In this document: positions 27,029-35,940 of the stretch, piece by piece
Layout of the letters: each line of letters begins with the position of its first letter
Position numbering within the stretch: position 1 is the stretch's first letter
IMG/VR virus record: IMGVR_UViG_3300046660_000488
Span: 124,001 to 188,000 of that record
Strand: one strand, 5' to 3'
DNA: 64,000 bases
Notes under the pieces: generated by a model
Databases searched by the model: none
The model's input: only the letters and a program-made list of their open reading frames with translations
What the model was told of the DNA's origin: nothing
Position numbers and translations under genes: made by a program

Positions 27029-27511
27029 ATGGGCCAGAAATCATACAAGGGTGGAACGGACGTCCCGTTCAAAGCCAATGACTTCAAAGTATACTTTTCC
27101 GTCAAGCAAGGAAGCCGTGTCACAAGAAATGTCATGGATGCCAAGATGGACTTTCTACACCGGAAACTCTACCTGACTATCCGCCAACCGATGTCCGAAA
27201 CCTTCTTCTTCGACTTGATGGAATCTATTCGGATGTCTGCCCCGACCGTCGTTATGGTCGATGCGAACGGAGCACCTGTGCTCGGCTATGAACTGGCCGA
27301 AGCTCGGGTTTCGCACCACACCATGACGTTGGACTATTCGGACAACGACTGGCTGGTGCACATCCTACATTACGACTTCGAGAACATCGTCGTCACGGAT
27401 GGCAAACCTCTCTCGCAGGGTGACATGGAACTGACTGAAGGCTACCTGTCACCGCAACAAGCTTGTGAAGCGGTTATGGCTGCTCAGGCTAATCAGGCTC
27501 AAGCCAGTTGA
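27029..27511 (+). CDS. Late protein, tail-tube (gp19/gp54)-like
   Basis: Late promoter; P.LGY.L..A......LDYSDND..V..L.YDF resembles a tube-protein C-terminus. Confidence 0.45.
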   Translation: MGQKSYKGGTDVPFKANDFKVYFSVKQGSRVTRNVMDAKMDFLHRKLYLTIRQPMSETFFFDLMESIRMSAPTVVMVDANGAPVLGYELAEARVSHHTMTLDYSDNDWLVHILHYDFENIVVTDGKPLSQGDMELTEGYLSPQQACEAVMAAQANQAQAS

Positions 27512-27752
27512 TGTAATTATAGGCGTCGTTCTTGTATGCTTTCCAGCAGAAGAACGGCGCCACCCATACCAGCATCAGAACCCACGTGTGCGGATCATGT
27601 CGATGCTCGGGATAGAATACGAACATGGCGGTGGCGAAACCGGCCATCAGCATGAACATCCACGACATCGAGCCGTAGAAAAACAGGTACTTGCGCGCCG
27701 CCGCTGCATACCGGCAGTCGCGCTCGTAGACGTCGTAGAGACTGTTACCCAT
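27489..27752 (-). CDS. Small membrane protein
   Basis: Two transmembrane-like segments. Confidence 0.6.
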   Translation of the reverse strand: MGNSLYDVYERDCRYAAAARKYLFFYGSMSWMFMLMAGFATAMFVFYPEHRHDPHTWVLMLVWVAPFFCWKAYKNDAYNYINWLEPD

Positions 27753-28056
27753 CGAGTGCTCCTGACAACCTGATCAAGGTCAGTTCCGAAATGAAGCGCT
27801 GGCGATCACCGCGAACTTGCGGCCGACCCTCGCGGTCATAGAACACAAACCAGTCCGGAGACAGAACGCTGTACCCGGTGGAGTGTCCATCGAGATTTTC
27901 GGAGTACCAGTGATCCAAGTCGATCTCACACACCGTGGCCCGGACGTGCTCGGTTGTCCCCACGTATTGCTCCGTCGTCGTGTATCCACGGCCGACCTCA
28001 CCCATGTGATCCACCAACCGCCGGACCATCGTCATTTCGTCGCGACGGATGAACAT
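27745..28056 (-). CDS. Hypothetical protein
   Basis: Coupled ORF; start uncertain. Confidence 0.55.
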   Translation of the reverse strand: MFIRRDEMTMVRRLVDHMGEVGRGYTTTEQYVGTTEHVRATVCEIDLDHWYSENLDGHSTGYSVLSPDWFVFYDREGRPQVRGDRQRFISELTLIRLSGALDG

Positions 28057-28119
28057 CGCGCACGTTGATCACCATCGAAAAATCTTGTCAATTGGTTTAC
28101 GACTTGATACGATTCCAGC

Positions 28120-28857
28120 ATGCGGATTATCTCGCCCTTCCAAGATTATTACGACGGCGTCCAGCAGCACGGCTACGACGACCGGTCGTTGGTCTATGAT
28201 CGTCGCACCGTCGAGCACCAGATCGAGCGCGGCCACAAGCACAAGCCCAAGCCGCCTTTCCTCGGCGACGACGTCCTGCCGCCGTTCCACTGGGAGCGGC
28301 CGAACATCGAGTACGTGCGCGCTAATTCGCGCGGCTGGCGCGACGCGCCCAGTCGGGCCATGCTCTATTTCTGTGGCAAGGCCTACCCGTTCTGGATCGC
28401 GATGGACCACCGTCGCTACAACGACTATCCGCGCGTCGAGAGCAAGAAGGTTTATTCGTTCGAAGCCGAGTTCAACGACTTGGTGCAGGACAAGGCCTCG
28501 TCTTGGTGGTGGGACGACCGCTTCAAAATCTCGCAGGCCAAGCATGTGGACTGGCTGGCCAAGCACACCGGGATCGAGATCGACCCGGCCATCCACTTCA
28601 AGTACAAGTCGCCGATCCTGCTCTACCTCGAAAGCGAGAATGAGCCGGTGCTGATCGTCAATCCCTGCCTGAAGGATTACGCGATCCAGAAGGTGATCGA
28701 CCCCTACAGCGCGTTCCAAGAGATCGACATGTTCCTTGGCGGCGTTCTGGGTTCCATCGAAAAAGACGGCCCACCCATGACCGACGTGCAGAAGGTGTCT
28801 TCGCACGGCATGGACCCCAAGTGGAGCTTCCGCAAGAAATCGGAGTCGAAAAAGTGA
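28120..28857 (+). CDS. Phage hypothetical protein
   Basis: Leaderless promoter TTGTCA-N17-TACGAT-N6-ATG; MRIIS.F.DYYD...DPY.AFQEI.MFLG...HG.D.K.SFRK. Confidence 0.7.
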   Translation: MRIISPFQDYYDGVQQHGYDDRSLVYDRRTVEHQIERGHKHKPKPPFLGDDVLPPFHWERPNIEYVRANSRGWRDAPSRAMLYFCGKAYPFWIAMDHRRYNDYPRVESKKVYSFEAEFNDLVQDKASSWWWDDRFKISQAKHVDWLAKHTGIEIDPAIHFKYKSPILLYLESENEPVLIVNPCLKDYAIQKVIDPYSAFQEIDMFLGGVLGSIEKDGPPMTDVQKVSSHGMDPKWSFRKKSESKK

Positions 28858-29243
28858 GCCAAGCTGTCGCCTACTATGCCTTCGGCATCAACCTGAATGT
28901 CGGGGTGTTCGACGACGAGCGCTTCGAGCCCATCGTCGCCTATCTGGCCAACAACTGCTTTCTGGAGAAGCGCTACAGCGGCAACGGCTACGACGCCCGC
29001 TGGCTCGGCATCGAACTGAAGTCCTTCGACGAAGCCAACGATTTCCCGGTCACCAACCTGACCTTCCAGCGCTCGGCGCTGGGCGAGCAGGTTGCCGATT
29101 TCATGACCAAGCGCCGGGTGGCGCTTGAGTACATTCAGAACGAGTTTTCGGATGGGTTCGCACCGGCCGAAGACGTGGCCGAGTTCGTGCAGATCGTCGA
29201 GGGCATGGAGCCCTCGTTCTTCATCACTTGGGGTTCGTCTTGA
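28854..29243 (+). CDS. Hypothetical protein
   Basis: GTGA overlap. Confidence 0.6.
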   Translation: MSQAVAYYAFGINLNVGVFDDERFEPIVAYLANNCFLEKRYSGNGYDARWLGIELKSFDEANDFPVTNLTFQRSALGEQVADFMTKRRVALEYIQNEFSDGFAPAEDVAEFVQIVEGMEPSFFITWGSS

Positions 29244-29397
29244 ACCATCCGCCGCACGCCGCGCAGTTCTGTTGACGGCCGCCCTCCGGGGCGTCCTCTT
29301 CCCAATAGATGGCGTGCTTGCCGAAACGGCACAGGATAACGCGCTGGAACCACAGGTGGTTGATCGGCTCGCAGGGGATTTCGGTCGGTTCAGCCAT
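29224..29397 (-). CDS. 57-aa Cys/His protein absent from the ORF track
   Basis: TAAATA (29408-29403)-N5-ATG; MAEPTEIPCEPINHLWFQRVILCRFGKHAIYWEEDAPEGGRQQNCAACGGWFKTNPK. Confidence 0.6.
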   Translation of the reverse strand: MAEPTEIPCEPINHLWFQRVILCRFGKHAIYWEEDAPEGGRQQNCAACGGWFKTNPK

Positions 29398-29412
29398 GAC
29401 AGTATTTAGACC

Positions 29413-29853
29413 TCAGCCCCAGAACATCTTCACGAGGGTCATGTCGTAGCGAAAACGGTCCTCGTCGCCATCGACGCGATACGACGTCCAGTATTTCTGC
29501 TCGGCGAGAAATCGACCGTCGTTGGACACCATCGACCAGCTTCGGTCGAACCCGTGGAACGTCAATCTCTTGAGCAAAACGTGCGATTCTCTCGACGGGT
29601 TCGTATACGTTCGACCGCCGTCAGGCTCGCTCGATATGCTTTTACGCCATGCCAACCGACTTATGCGTTTCTTCTTGAAAGGCGTGCGATTTGACTCATT
29701 ACGCAGGATGATCTTGAAGCTGGCACGCTCGATAACGCGCTCTTCAAAAGCATAAGCATCGGCTGTGCAGGTCAGCAATTTCTGTTCACTTTCGCGATAG
29801 CCTTGGGCCAAACTCTCGATGAGGTCTTTGCTGATTTCAACCCGGTGACCCAT
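29413..29853 (-). CDS. Hypothetical protein
   Basis: Start MGHRV; C-terminal DEDRFRYDMTLVKMFWG. Confidence 0.55.
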   Translation of the reverse strand: MGHRVEISKDLIESLAQGYRESEQKLLTCTADAYAFEERVIERASFKIILRNESNRTPFKKKRISRLAWRKSISSEPDGGRTYTNPSRESHVLLKRLTFHGFDRSWSMVSNDGRFLAEQKYWTSYRVDGDEDRFRYDMTLVKMFWG

Positions 29854-30193
29854 GGAACTCGCCGTATTTCTGGTAAACCAGACGGTACATCGAATTCCAC
29901 ATGATGACCAGCATTTCCTGCGTGTTGTCATTGGCCATCAGGCGCTTGCGGGCGATCTCCCGCTCGGCGAACGGCATTTCGATCATGTGCTCGCTGATGA
30001 AAGTCGCCATGGTCTCGCGGTCCATGACCTCGCCGAGAATGTCCTTGTCGATCTGCGGGTTGCTCTTCGACATTTCTTCGGGGATGCCGAGCAGATTCCG
30101 CAGTTCATCCTCCCGCACCACCAGCACGTTAAGCTGATGGTTCAGGATGGCCATGTGCTTTGCAGCCTTCTCGGCAGTCCAGATTTTGTCCAT
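29837..30193 (-). CDS. Late hypothetical protein
   Basis: Full TATAAATA (30206-30199)-N5-ATG resets the start to MDKIW. Confidence 0.65.
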   Translation of the reverse strand: MDKIWTAEKAAKHMAILNHQLNVLVVREDELRNLLGIPEEMSKSNPQIDKDILGEVMDRETMATFISEHMIEMPFAEREIARKRLMANDNTQEMLVIMWNSMYRLVYQKYGEFHGSPG

Positions 30194-30198
30194 GGCAG

Positions 30199-30206
30199 TA
30201 TTTATA
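30199..30206 (-). promoter_or_regulatory. Perfect T4 late consensus TATAAATA
   Basis: Minus strand reads TATAAATActgccATG. Confidence 0.8.
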
Positions 30207-30228
30207 GCCCGCTTTATTATAGCCCGTC

Positions 30229-30420
30229 TTAAGTCGAGTGCGTGATGACGTTCTCGTTGCACTTCGGGCAGACGATGAAGTAGTAAGTATCCGTGCCGCC
30301 ACCGTAGTCAGTCTTGGTGTACGATTTCTCTTCGCTCTTGGTGTACTCCATGATGGAAGCACACTTGCGACAGGTAGCACGGTGAACATGCTTCGGGTCA
30401 GTGCCGACTATTTGCACCAC
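30229..30420 (-). CDS. Zn-ribbon small protein
   Basis: CRKC...CPKC. Confidence 0.7.
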   Translation of the reverse strand: MVQIVGTDPKHVHRATCRKCASIMEYTKSEEKSYTKTDYGGGTDTYYFIVCPKCNENVITHST

Positions 30421-30653
30421 GGGAACACCTCGACTTTCGTGTCATTGGTTTCTTGGATACCGATGTAGATGTTCTCGTAGAACACGTGGTCGATCCCGTT
30501 GTCGTTCATCCGCTTCTGGAATTCACGCAGGTGTTTCTCAGCAGAGGCGCGCGACAGGTTTCCAACGCCGATATAGAAAACGCGCGTAGCTCGCGGTCCG
30601 ATGACCTTGACGGTCCCGTCCTCACCGACCACGACGCTAGATGCCTTGCTCAT
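30408..30653 (-). CDS. Hypothetical protein
   Basis: GGAG SD-like element; VFYIGVGNLSRASAEKHL. Confidence 0.55.
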   Translation of the reverse strand: MSKASSVVVGEDGTVKVIGPRATRVFYIGVGNLSRASAEKHLREFQKRMNDNGIDHVFYENIYIGIQETNDTKVEVFPWCK

Positions 30654-30713
30654 CGAATGCCCTTTCTCCAAGGGTCATTGTCGCCCAGCCGCAGAATTTA
30701 GGTCAACTTTCGT

Positions 30714-30983
30714 TTACCATTCCCGCAGTTTCATCGTCAGGAACTGGGCGAGTTCTTTGACCGTCTCTTCCGTGAACGGCTCGTAGTCGTCGAGGCTCAT
30801 GGTCCCCAAGCCGTAGGACGATTTGCAGCGCGTCAGGTTGTAGGAATATGACCCTTCCGGCGCGTTCACGCCGAAGTAATCGCTCAGCCAGTCGGCGATG
30901 TCGTCGGTGTCGAACCGCAGAGCGGCTGTCACCTTGTGAAGCTCTGGCTGACCGTCGAAGGAGTCCGGAGCGTCTGTCATCAC
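30714..30983 (-). CDS. Hypothetical protein
   Basis: Coupled to the deaminase gene. Confidence 0.6.
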   Translation of the reverse strand: MMTDAPDSFDGQPELHKVTAALRFDTDDIADWLSDYFGVNAPEGSYSYNLTRCKSSYGLGTMSLDDYEPFTEETVKELAQFLTMKLREW

Positions 30984-31513
30984 ATGATCCTGTCGAGAAT
31001 GCGATCCACTGCCCGGCGCCAGAACGGCTTGCCGCGCTTCAGGGGATGGTCGATGCGGGCCGGGGTCTCACCGGCCACGAAACGGACGCGGACCTTGGCC
31101 TCGCGCAGCATCTTCTGGGTGACCTTGAACTCGTCGGAGTAGGTGATGTCGTCCCAGTTGGGCTCGACCGTCACGACCTCACAGATGCCCGCCTGAATGA
31201 TGCCGCGAGCACAATGCGCGCACGGGTACATGGACTGGTAGATGCGACAGCCCAGCGTCGAGTTGCCGGAGGCCGCCGCGTTGAACAGAGCGTTGCGCTC
31301 GGCATGCTCCGACCACAGGTACTTGTCCGGCCGATCATGGCGTTCGTCTATGTCGTCGCGGATGTTGCGGGGGAAACCGTTCCAGCCCATCGACACCGCG
31401 ACGTTGCGCGCGTCCACGATTACCGCGCCGACGTGTCGGCTCCGGTCCTTGCTCCATGACGCGACCAGTCGCGACATAGACATCCAACGATCATCCCACC
31501 CACGCTTGCTCAT
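30980..31513 (-). CDS. dCMP deaminase family protein
   Basis: SKDRS.HVGAVIV, GWNG.PR, HAERNA, PCAHC; TAAATA at 31544-31539. Confidence 0.92.
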   Translation of the reverse strand: MSKRGWDDRWMSMSRLVASWSKDRSRHVGAVIVDARNVAVSMGWNGFPRNIRDDIDERHDRPDKYLWSEHAERNALFNAAASGNSTLGCRIYQSMYPCAHCARGIIQAGICEVVTVEPNWDDITYSDEFKVTQKMLREAKVRVRFVAGETPARIDHPLKRGKPFWRRAVDRILDRIM

Positions 31514-31560
31514 AAACTGCCTACAGAACGCTTTTCAGTATTTAGGTGGGTGGGACAGGA

Positions 31561-31902
31561 TCAGGGTAGTTCGTCGTCTTCGCGCCGCGCCCGCTTGAAA
31601 AACTGTTGGCGAATGCGTTTCTGTTGCGCTAACCGCTCTTTGGATTGCGCTTTGTTGTAGAGTTCGTCGTTGTTGGTGGCCACCGTGATAATCGTTCGTT
31701 GGTGCGGACAGTAACAAATCCGCATTTCACTTTCGCCGATATTGACTGTGGTCCAAACTGAAGTTCGTGTGTTTTTGTAGAAGAAATCCCGTGCTTGAAA
31801 TGTCTTAAACTGTTCTTCGATTTTGCTCAGAACGTCCGGCGTCAGTTCAAATCCAAACCTCTCGACCGCACGTTCTTTGGCATGCTTGCTTGCCTTGAAC
31901 AT
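31561..31902 (-). CDS. Hypothetical protein
   Basis: SKHAKER..ERFG; preceded by an inverted repeat at 31911-31944. Confidence 0.55.
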   Translation of the reverse strand: MFKASKHAKERAVERFGFELTPDVLSKIEEQFKTFQARDFFYKNTRTSVWTTVNIGESEMRICYCPHQRTIITVATNNDELYNKAQSKERLAQQKRIRQQFFKRARREDDELP

Positions 31903-31977
31903 GGCACTCTCAATAGTAGACGCCCAATGGGGCATCTACTATTGTGCACAGCGTGCAAATTCAGGTCGATATTTTCG

Positions 31978-32448
31978 TCAGTATCCAGTCATGAAATGAT
32001 GGAACTTGATTTCTTCTGGCTTGAATTTGAACGGCATTTCTTCATCGTATTCTTTGAACATGCTTTCCAGCGTGCCGAAGAGAGCCTGAATGCCGCGCAC
32101 GAGATCGTCGTACGGCGGGACTTTTTCAGCCTCGGCGTCGTCGTAGATGTGCATGGACGATCCCCACCCAAAGAACCATCGGTTCTTCCCGGCGTTTGGG
32201 TCCATGTTGGTCGCCATCCACGAACCCTCAACTTGGTTCTCAAGCTCGTGCAGATAGTCGTCCAAGCCTCCCATGTCGCGGTCATTGACGATGGTGTCTT
32301 TGACCGCCTTGCCGCATTTGGGGCAGAACGGCACGCCGATCCGCTCCGGATGCTCGCAGCTATGCTCGATGCGCTCCGTCACCGGATAATGTTCGTCGAA
32401 ATCGATAACGACGCCGATCCCGGCGTTCGAGTACCACGAGGTTCCCAT
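31978..32448 (-). CDS. Zn-ribbon protein, paralog of 32992-33462
   Basis: AGIGVVI...SCEHPERIGVPFCPKCGK. Confidence 0.65.
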   Translation of the reverse strand: MGTSWYSNAGIGVVIDFDEHYPVTERIEHSCEHPERIGVPFCPKCGKAVKDTIVNDRDMGGLDDYLHELENQVEGSWMATNMDPNAGKNRWFFGWGSSMHIYDDAEAEKVPPYDDLVRGIQALFGTLESMFKEYDEEMPFKFKPEEIKFHHFMTGY

Positions 32449-32449
32449 A

Positions 32450-32992
32450 TCAAGCAGCCTTCTTCCACGGCGGGTCGAACATGTAGGTTTCGAGCCTCGC
32501 GCCGCGCGGTTTCCAAATGTTGAGCTTCGGATGGCCGAGCAGGCGATCCGCGAGCAAATCGAAATCAGCCTTCTGCATGTCGAAGCGGAAGACGTTGTTG
32601 TGGTAAATTTCCCAGCGATAGTGCTCAAGGATGGCGATGTCCAAGTTGATGGACACCAGATAGTCTTCGAACCGTGTGAGCGGCCCGCAGATGCCTTCTT
32701 CGTGTTCGTTGAGCGGGTATGAGATCGTCACGACCTCTTCGTCAATGATCTCGGCGTCGGTGTCCCATTCGCACACCGGCACGATCTTGTGTCGGCGACG
32801 GACAAGGTCGCGGTCGAAGACCAACAAAGCGCCGCCGTGGCGCCAGCCGGTCTGCTTGGCGAAGAACGTCGAGGTGTTGGCGCTCCGCGACGTCGAGAAA
32901 TACGGAGCGCCGTGGTTGTTGTTCACCTGCCCGGCGAGCATCATCATCAACACGCGGTCGATGGATGTTCCATGGAACAGGGGCGTGAACAT
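32450..32992 (-). CDS. Putative ADP-ribosyltransferase-fold protein
   Basis: LFHGT, FSTSRS, LVFDRD, EHEE.I. Confidence 0.5.
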   Translation of the reverse strand: MFTPLFHGTSIDRVLMMMLAGQVNNNHGAPYFSTSRSANTSTFFAKQTGWRHGGALLVFDRDLVRRRHKIVPVCEWDTDAEIIDEEVVTISYPLNEHEEGICGPLTRFEDYLVSINLDIAILEHYRWEIYHNNVFRFDMQKADFDLLADRLLGHPKLNIWKPRGARLETYMFDPPWKKAA

Positions 32993-33462
32993 CAGCAGGA
33001 GACGTGCAGGCCGACGACGAAACCCACGTCGGTTTCCGGATCGAAAATCTGCTCGATGGTGTCTTCAGGCAGGTTCATCTTGGCGATGGCCTTCGTCAGG
33101 TCAGCGTGAATCGTCACCTTGAGTTCATCGAGAGTGGGCACTTCGCTGATCGGAATCACCTCGTACTCACCGTTGTCCGATCTCATCGACTCATAGTAGC
33201 CGATGAAAAACCCGGTCTGTTCCTCGCCCTCGTATAGGTCGCTGGTGCTGAGGCTGGTCAGGCCTTCCAAGGTTTCAAGGAAGGCCTTGGGCTTAACCGC
33301 TGGCTTGTCCTTGGTCTCGACCTTCTTGCCGCACTCAGGGCAGAATTTCAAACCAAGGCGTTCCGGGTGTTTGCACGACGGTTTCTCGACCGTGCCGAAG
33401 TCGATCTCACCCGCGCGGATGACGATGCCGATCCCGGCGAAGGCGGTGTAGCTGCAACTCAT
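32992..33462 (-). CDS. Zn-ribbon protein
   Basis: AGIGIVI...SCKHPERLGLKFCPECGK. Confidence 0.65.
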   Translation of the reverse strand: MSCSYTAFAGIGIVIRAGEIDFGTVEKPSCKHPERLGLKFCPECGKKVETKDKPAVKPKAFLETLEGLTSLSTSDLYEGEEQTGFFIGYYESMRSDNGEYEVIPISEVPTLDELKVTIHADLTKAIAKMNLPEDTIEQIFDPETDVGFVVGLHVSC

Positions 33463-33474
33463 GGCGACGCTCGC

Positions 33475-34686
33475 TTACTGGAATTCCGTGCCGCCCTTGC
33501 GGCCACCATAGTCTGGGCTCACCCACTTCACGATCTTGCGGCCGTGGCGGATGTGGCGGTTGTTACCGCCGTCGAGCCCGGTGATCACCACGCCCTCGCG
33601 GATGTGCTTGCCGCTGAAGCTGTCCTTGCCGTCGCGCACGGCGCGCAGGGCGTCCGCGTCGAACGGACCCTCGTAGAGCTTGGGAACGACGTCCATGCCC
33701 CATTGCTCGGCCAGCATGGCGACCGTCTCATAGGGAAGCCAGAGGCCGTTGGTCGTCTCACCGACGAACACGTCGAACAGGGCGATGCCGACGTCCTTCT
33801 TGTTGCGGCCGTACTTCAGGTCTTGGGCGCCGTAAATCTCGGCGAAGGCGCGCACCGGCAGGCCCGCGCAGATCGCCATGCTGAAGGCGGCGATGTTCGG
33901 CTCGAATTGCTTCAGGATGCTGTTCAGGGCGCGGGTGTAGACGTTGTCGTTCGGCTCGCCGTCGTCTTTCGTCTTCTTGAAACTCATGCCCTTCCCGGCC
34001 ATCAACTTCGACGAAATGTAGACGCTCTTGGTCACGCCGAAACAGTGCTCGTGGTTCAGGCCGGGCACGTAGCCGATCTGGACGTTGAAGCCGTGAATTT
34101 TCTCCGTGCCGATGACGGGCTCACCCGGCTCGAACATGTCGGTCTGGTCTTGGATACTGTCGAAATCGTAGCGCAGCGAAACGCCGAACGAGTTGAAGAC
34201 CGACCCTTGGTTCTCGGGTGGTATCTCCGGCTCGTACTTGGTGATGCCGAGCTTGGCGGCGACGTCCGTGCCCACGGTCACGTAGTAGCTGTGGCCTTCG
34301 CCTTCCAGCGGGAATTCGTACTCGGGGTTCCCCTCCAACTCCCAGAGCAACGTGGGGTCGGCGTCTTCCGGAATCGGGACCGGGATCAGCGGCAGGACGA
34401 TGCCTTGAGAGTAGATGCCGCGCAGCCGGAGGGGATGGACGCGATTGCCTTGCGGCCCGGCCAGCCTGCCCATGTTGGTTTCACGGTTCCAGAAATTGTG
34501 GCGGACCAGAATCCAGTCCGGAACGATGGCGCCTTCGGGGACGTAGATGATCGCGTCGCCGGGCTTGTACTGGTTGCGGCCGACCACGCATTCATAGCCG
34601 CCGACCTTGGCGACCGACAGGACGTCGCCGGTGGGGTGATCGTAGACTTCGTCGATCTTGCGGACTTTGACAGCGAAGGTGGACAT
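33475..34686 (-). CDS. RNA ligase, DRB0094/Rnl5-like, with an N-terminal OB-like domain
   Basis: Motif I TEKIHG, EIYG, FDV, EGVV, KWVS.DY. Confidence 0.88.
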   Translation of the reverse strand: MSTFAVKVRKIDEVYDHPTGDVLSVAKVGGYECVVGRNQYKPGDAIIYVPEGAIVPDWILVRHNFWNRETNMGRLAGPQGNRVHPLRLRGIYSQGIVLPLIPVPIPEDADPTLLWELEGNPEYEFPLEGEGHSYYVTVGTDVAAKLGITKYEPEIPPENQGSVFNSFGVSLRYDFDSIQDQTDMFEPGEPVIGTEKIHGFNVQIGYVPGLNHEHCFGVTKSVYISSKLMAGKGMSFKKTKDDGEPNDNVYTRALNSILKQFEPNIAAFSMAICAGLPVRAFAEIYGAQDLKYGRNKKDVGIALFDVFVGETTNGLWLPYETVAMLAEQWGMDVVPKLYEGPFDADALRAVRDGKDSFSGKHIREGVVITGLDGGNNRHIRHGRKIVKWVSPDYGGRKGGTEFQ

Positions 34687-34691
34687 GCGAT

Positions 34692-34745
34692 CCTGACCAA
34701 TGGTTTCTCGTAAACGAGATTAGCCGGTCAGGGCCGCATCGTCAA
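34692..34745 (-). promoter_or_regulatory. Sigma70 promoter inside an RBS-sequestering hairpin
   Basis: TTGACG (34745-40)-N17-TAATCT (34722-17); stem CCTGACC/GGTCAGG plus TCTCG/CGAGA. Confidence 0.7.
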
Positions 34746-35009
34746 TCCGGCTCGGGCGTTCATGAAGGCGTCGAAGCGGTACTGCAAGCACTTGCTCTCG
34801 TAGCTGATGTAGAGGATCAGAACGTCAGCGTCGTATTTGCCGCCCACACGATGCAGCTTGTCGTACTGGTCGATCACCGTTTGGATGAACGTCCGAAAGT
34901 CTTCCTCAAACATCGTCGGGAATTGGAACATTTCCAACCCTCGGTTCACCGATCCCGCCCAGTACTCAAGCGATTCGATGACCTTGTTCAAATATAGACG
35001 CCAGTGCAT
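34728..35009 (-). CDS. Hypothetical protein
   Basis: 93-aa ORF coupled to adk. Confidence 0.55.
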   Translation of the reverse strand: MHWRLYLNKVIESLEYWAGSVNRGLEMFQFPTMFEEDFRTFIQTVIDQYDKLHRVGGKYDADVLILYISYESKCLQYRFDAFMNARAGLTMRP

Positions 35010-35011
35010 GG

Positions 35012-35584
35012 CTACGCTTTCTTGAGTGCCGCCACGATCTTTGCGTGAACGTCTTTGATGGCGGCCATGCCATCGACCTTAATTTCTCGAACGCCAGTGT
35101 TGCCGTAGTAATCGAGTACCGGTGCGGTCTTCTCGAAATAGGTGGCCATGCGCTTGGCGAAGGTCTCGGGGTTGTCGTCGGCGCGACCGTCCGTCTTGAA
35201 ACGGTCGGTGATGCGCTGGAGCAGGACGTCCTGATCGACGCTCAATTCGACGACGGCGTCGATCTTGCAACCACCGCCGCAGGAAACGGTCAGCAGTTCG
35301 TCGAGCGCGAACGCTTGCGCGCAGTTGCGCGGGAATCCGTCGAAGATGATGTTCTTGCCATCATGGCGGATCAACTGTTCGTCGATCAGCTTCAGGACCA
35401 GTTCGTCCGAAGCAAAGATGCCGTTGTCGATCAGGCTCTTGATGTGTCGGCCGCGCTCGGAGTCTTCCGTTGCTGCGGCTCTGAGCATGTCACCCGTGGA
35501 GAGTTGAACCCAACCCTGCTCGACGAGTAACTTAGACTGCGTGCCTTTACCCGAACCGGGCGGGCCGAAGATTACGATTTGCAT
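35012..35584 (-). CDS. adk: Adenylate kinase (short, lidless type)
   Basis: GPPGSGKGTQ, STGDMLR, FDGFPR, GRADDN. Confidence 0.96.
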   Translation of the reverse strand: MQIVIFGPPGSGKGTQSKLLVEQGWVQLSTGDMLRAAATEDSERGRHIKSLIDNGIFASDELVLKLIDEQLIRHDGKNIIFDGFPRNCAQAFALDELLTVSCGGGCKIDAVVELSVDQDVLLQRITDRFKTDGRADDNPETFAKRMATYFEKTAPVLDYYGNTGVREIKVDGMAAIKDVHAKIVAALKKA

Positions 35585-35588
35585 GGGA

Positions 35589-35647
35589 CAGAGGATTTCC
35601 AGAGCGACTGTAGGATCAGTCTACAGTAGTCCGGAAATCCTCTGCAA
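35589..35647 (-). promoter_or_regulatory. 56-bp inverted repeat overlapping the adk promoter
   Basis: CAGAGGATTTCC/GGAAATCCTCTG (12 bp) plus ACTGTAG/CTACAGT (7 bp); TTGCAG-N18-TAGACT. Confidence 0.65.
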
Positions 35648-35652
35648 TATTG

Positions 35653-35865
35653 TCAGCCGACGATTTCGCCTGCCAGCTTGCGGGAGATCGCGCTGGCCAC
35701 GTGACGCGGCTTGACAGCGACCCGGCCGAGCGGGTCGGCGTCGTCGTACTGCGTCAGGATGGAGTTGTCGAACGAGCCCACACCCTTCACCTTCGTGGCG
35801 GTGCGACCGACAACGTATTCATACGTGCGATCTCCGACTTCGATGGTGCGATAGTGTCCAGCCAT
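35653..35865 (-). CDS. Hypothetical protein
   Basis: AGAGGA SD before MAGHY. Confidence 0.55.
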   Translation of the reverse strand: MAGHYRTIEVGDRTYEYVVGRTATKVKGVGSFDNSILTQYDDADPLGRVAVKPRHVASAISRKLAGEIVG

Positions 35866-35940
35866 GTTCTTCCTCTCATCATCGGCGTAATTGCCTGAGA
35901 CGAGCTTGTGGATTATTTTCAAGCTCGTCAACCAGATTCT

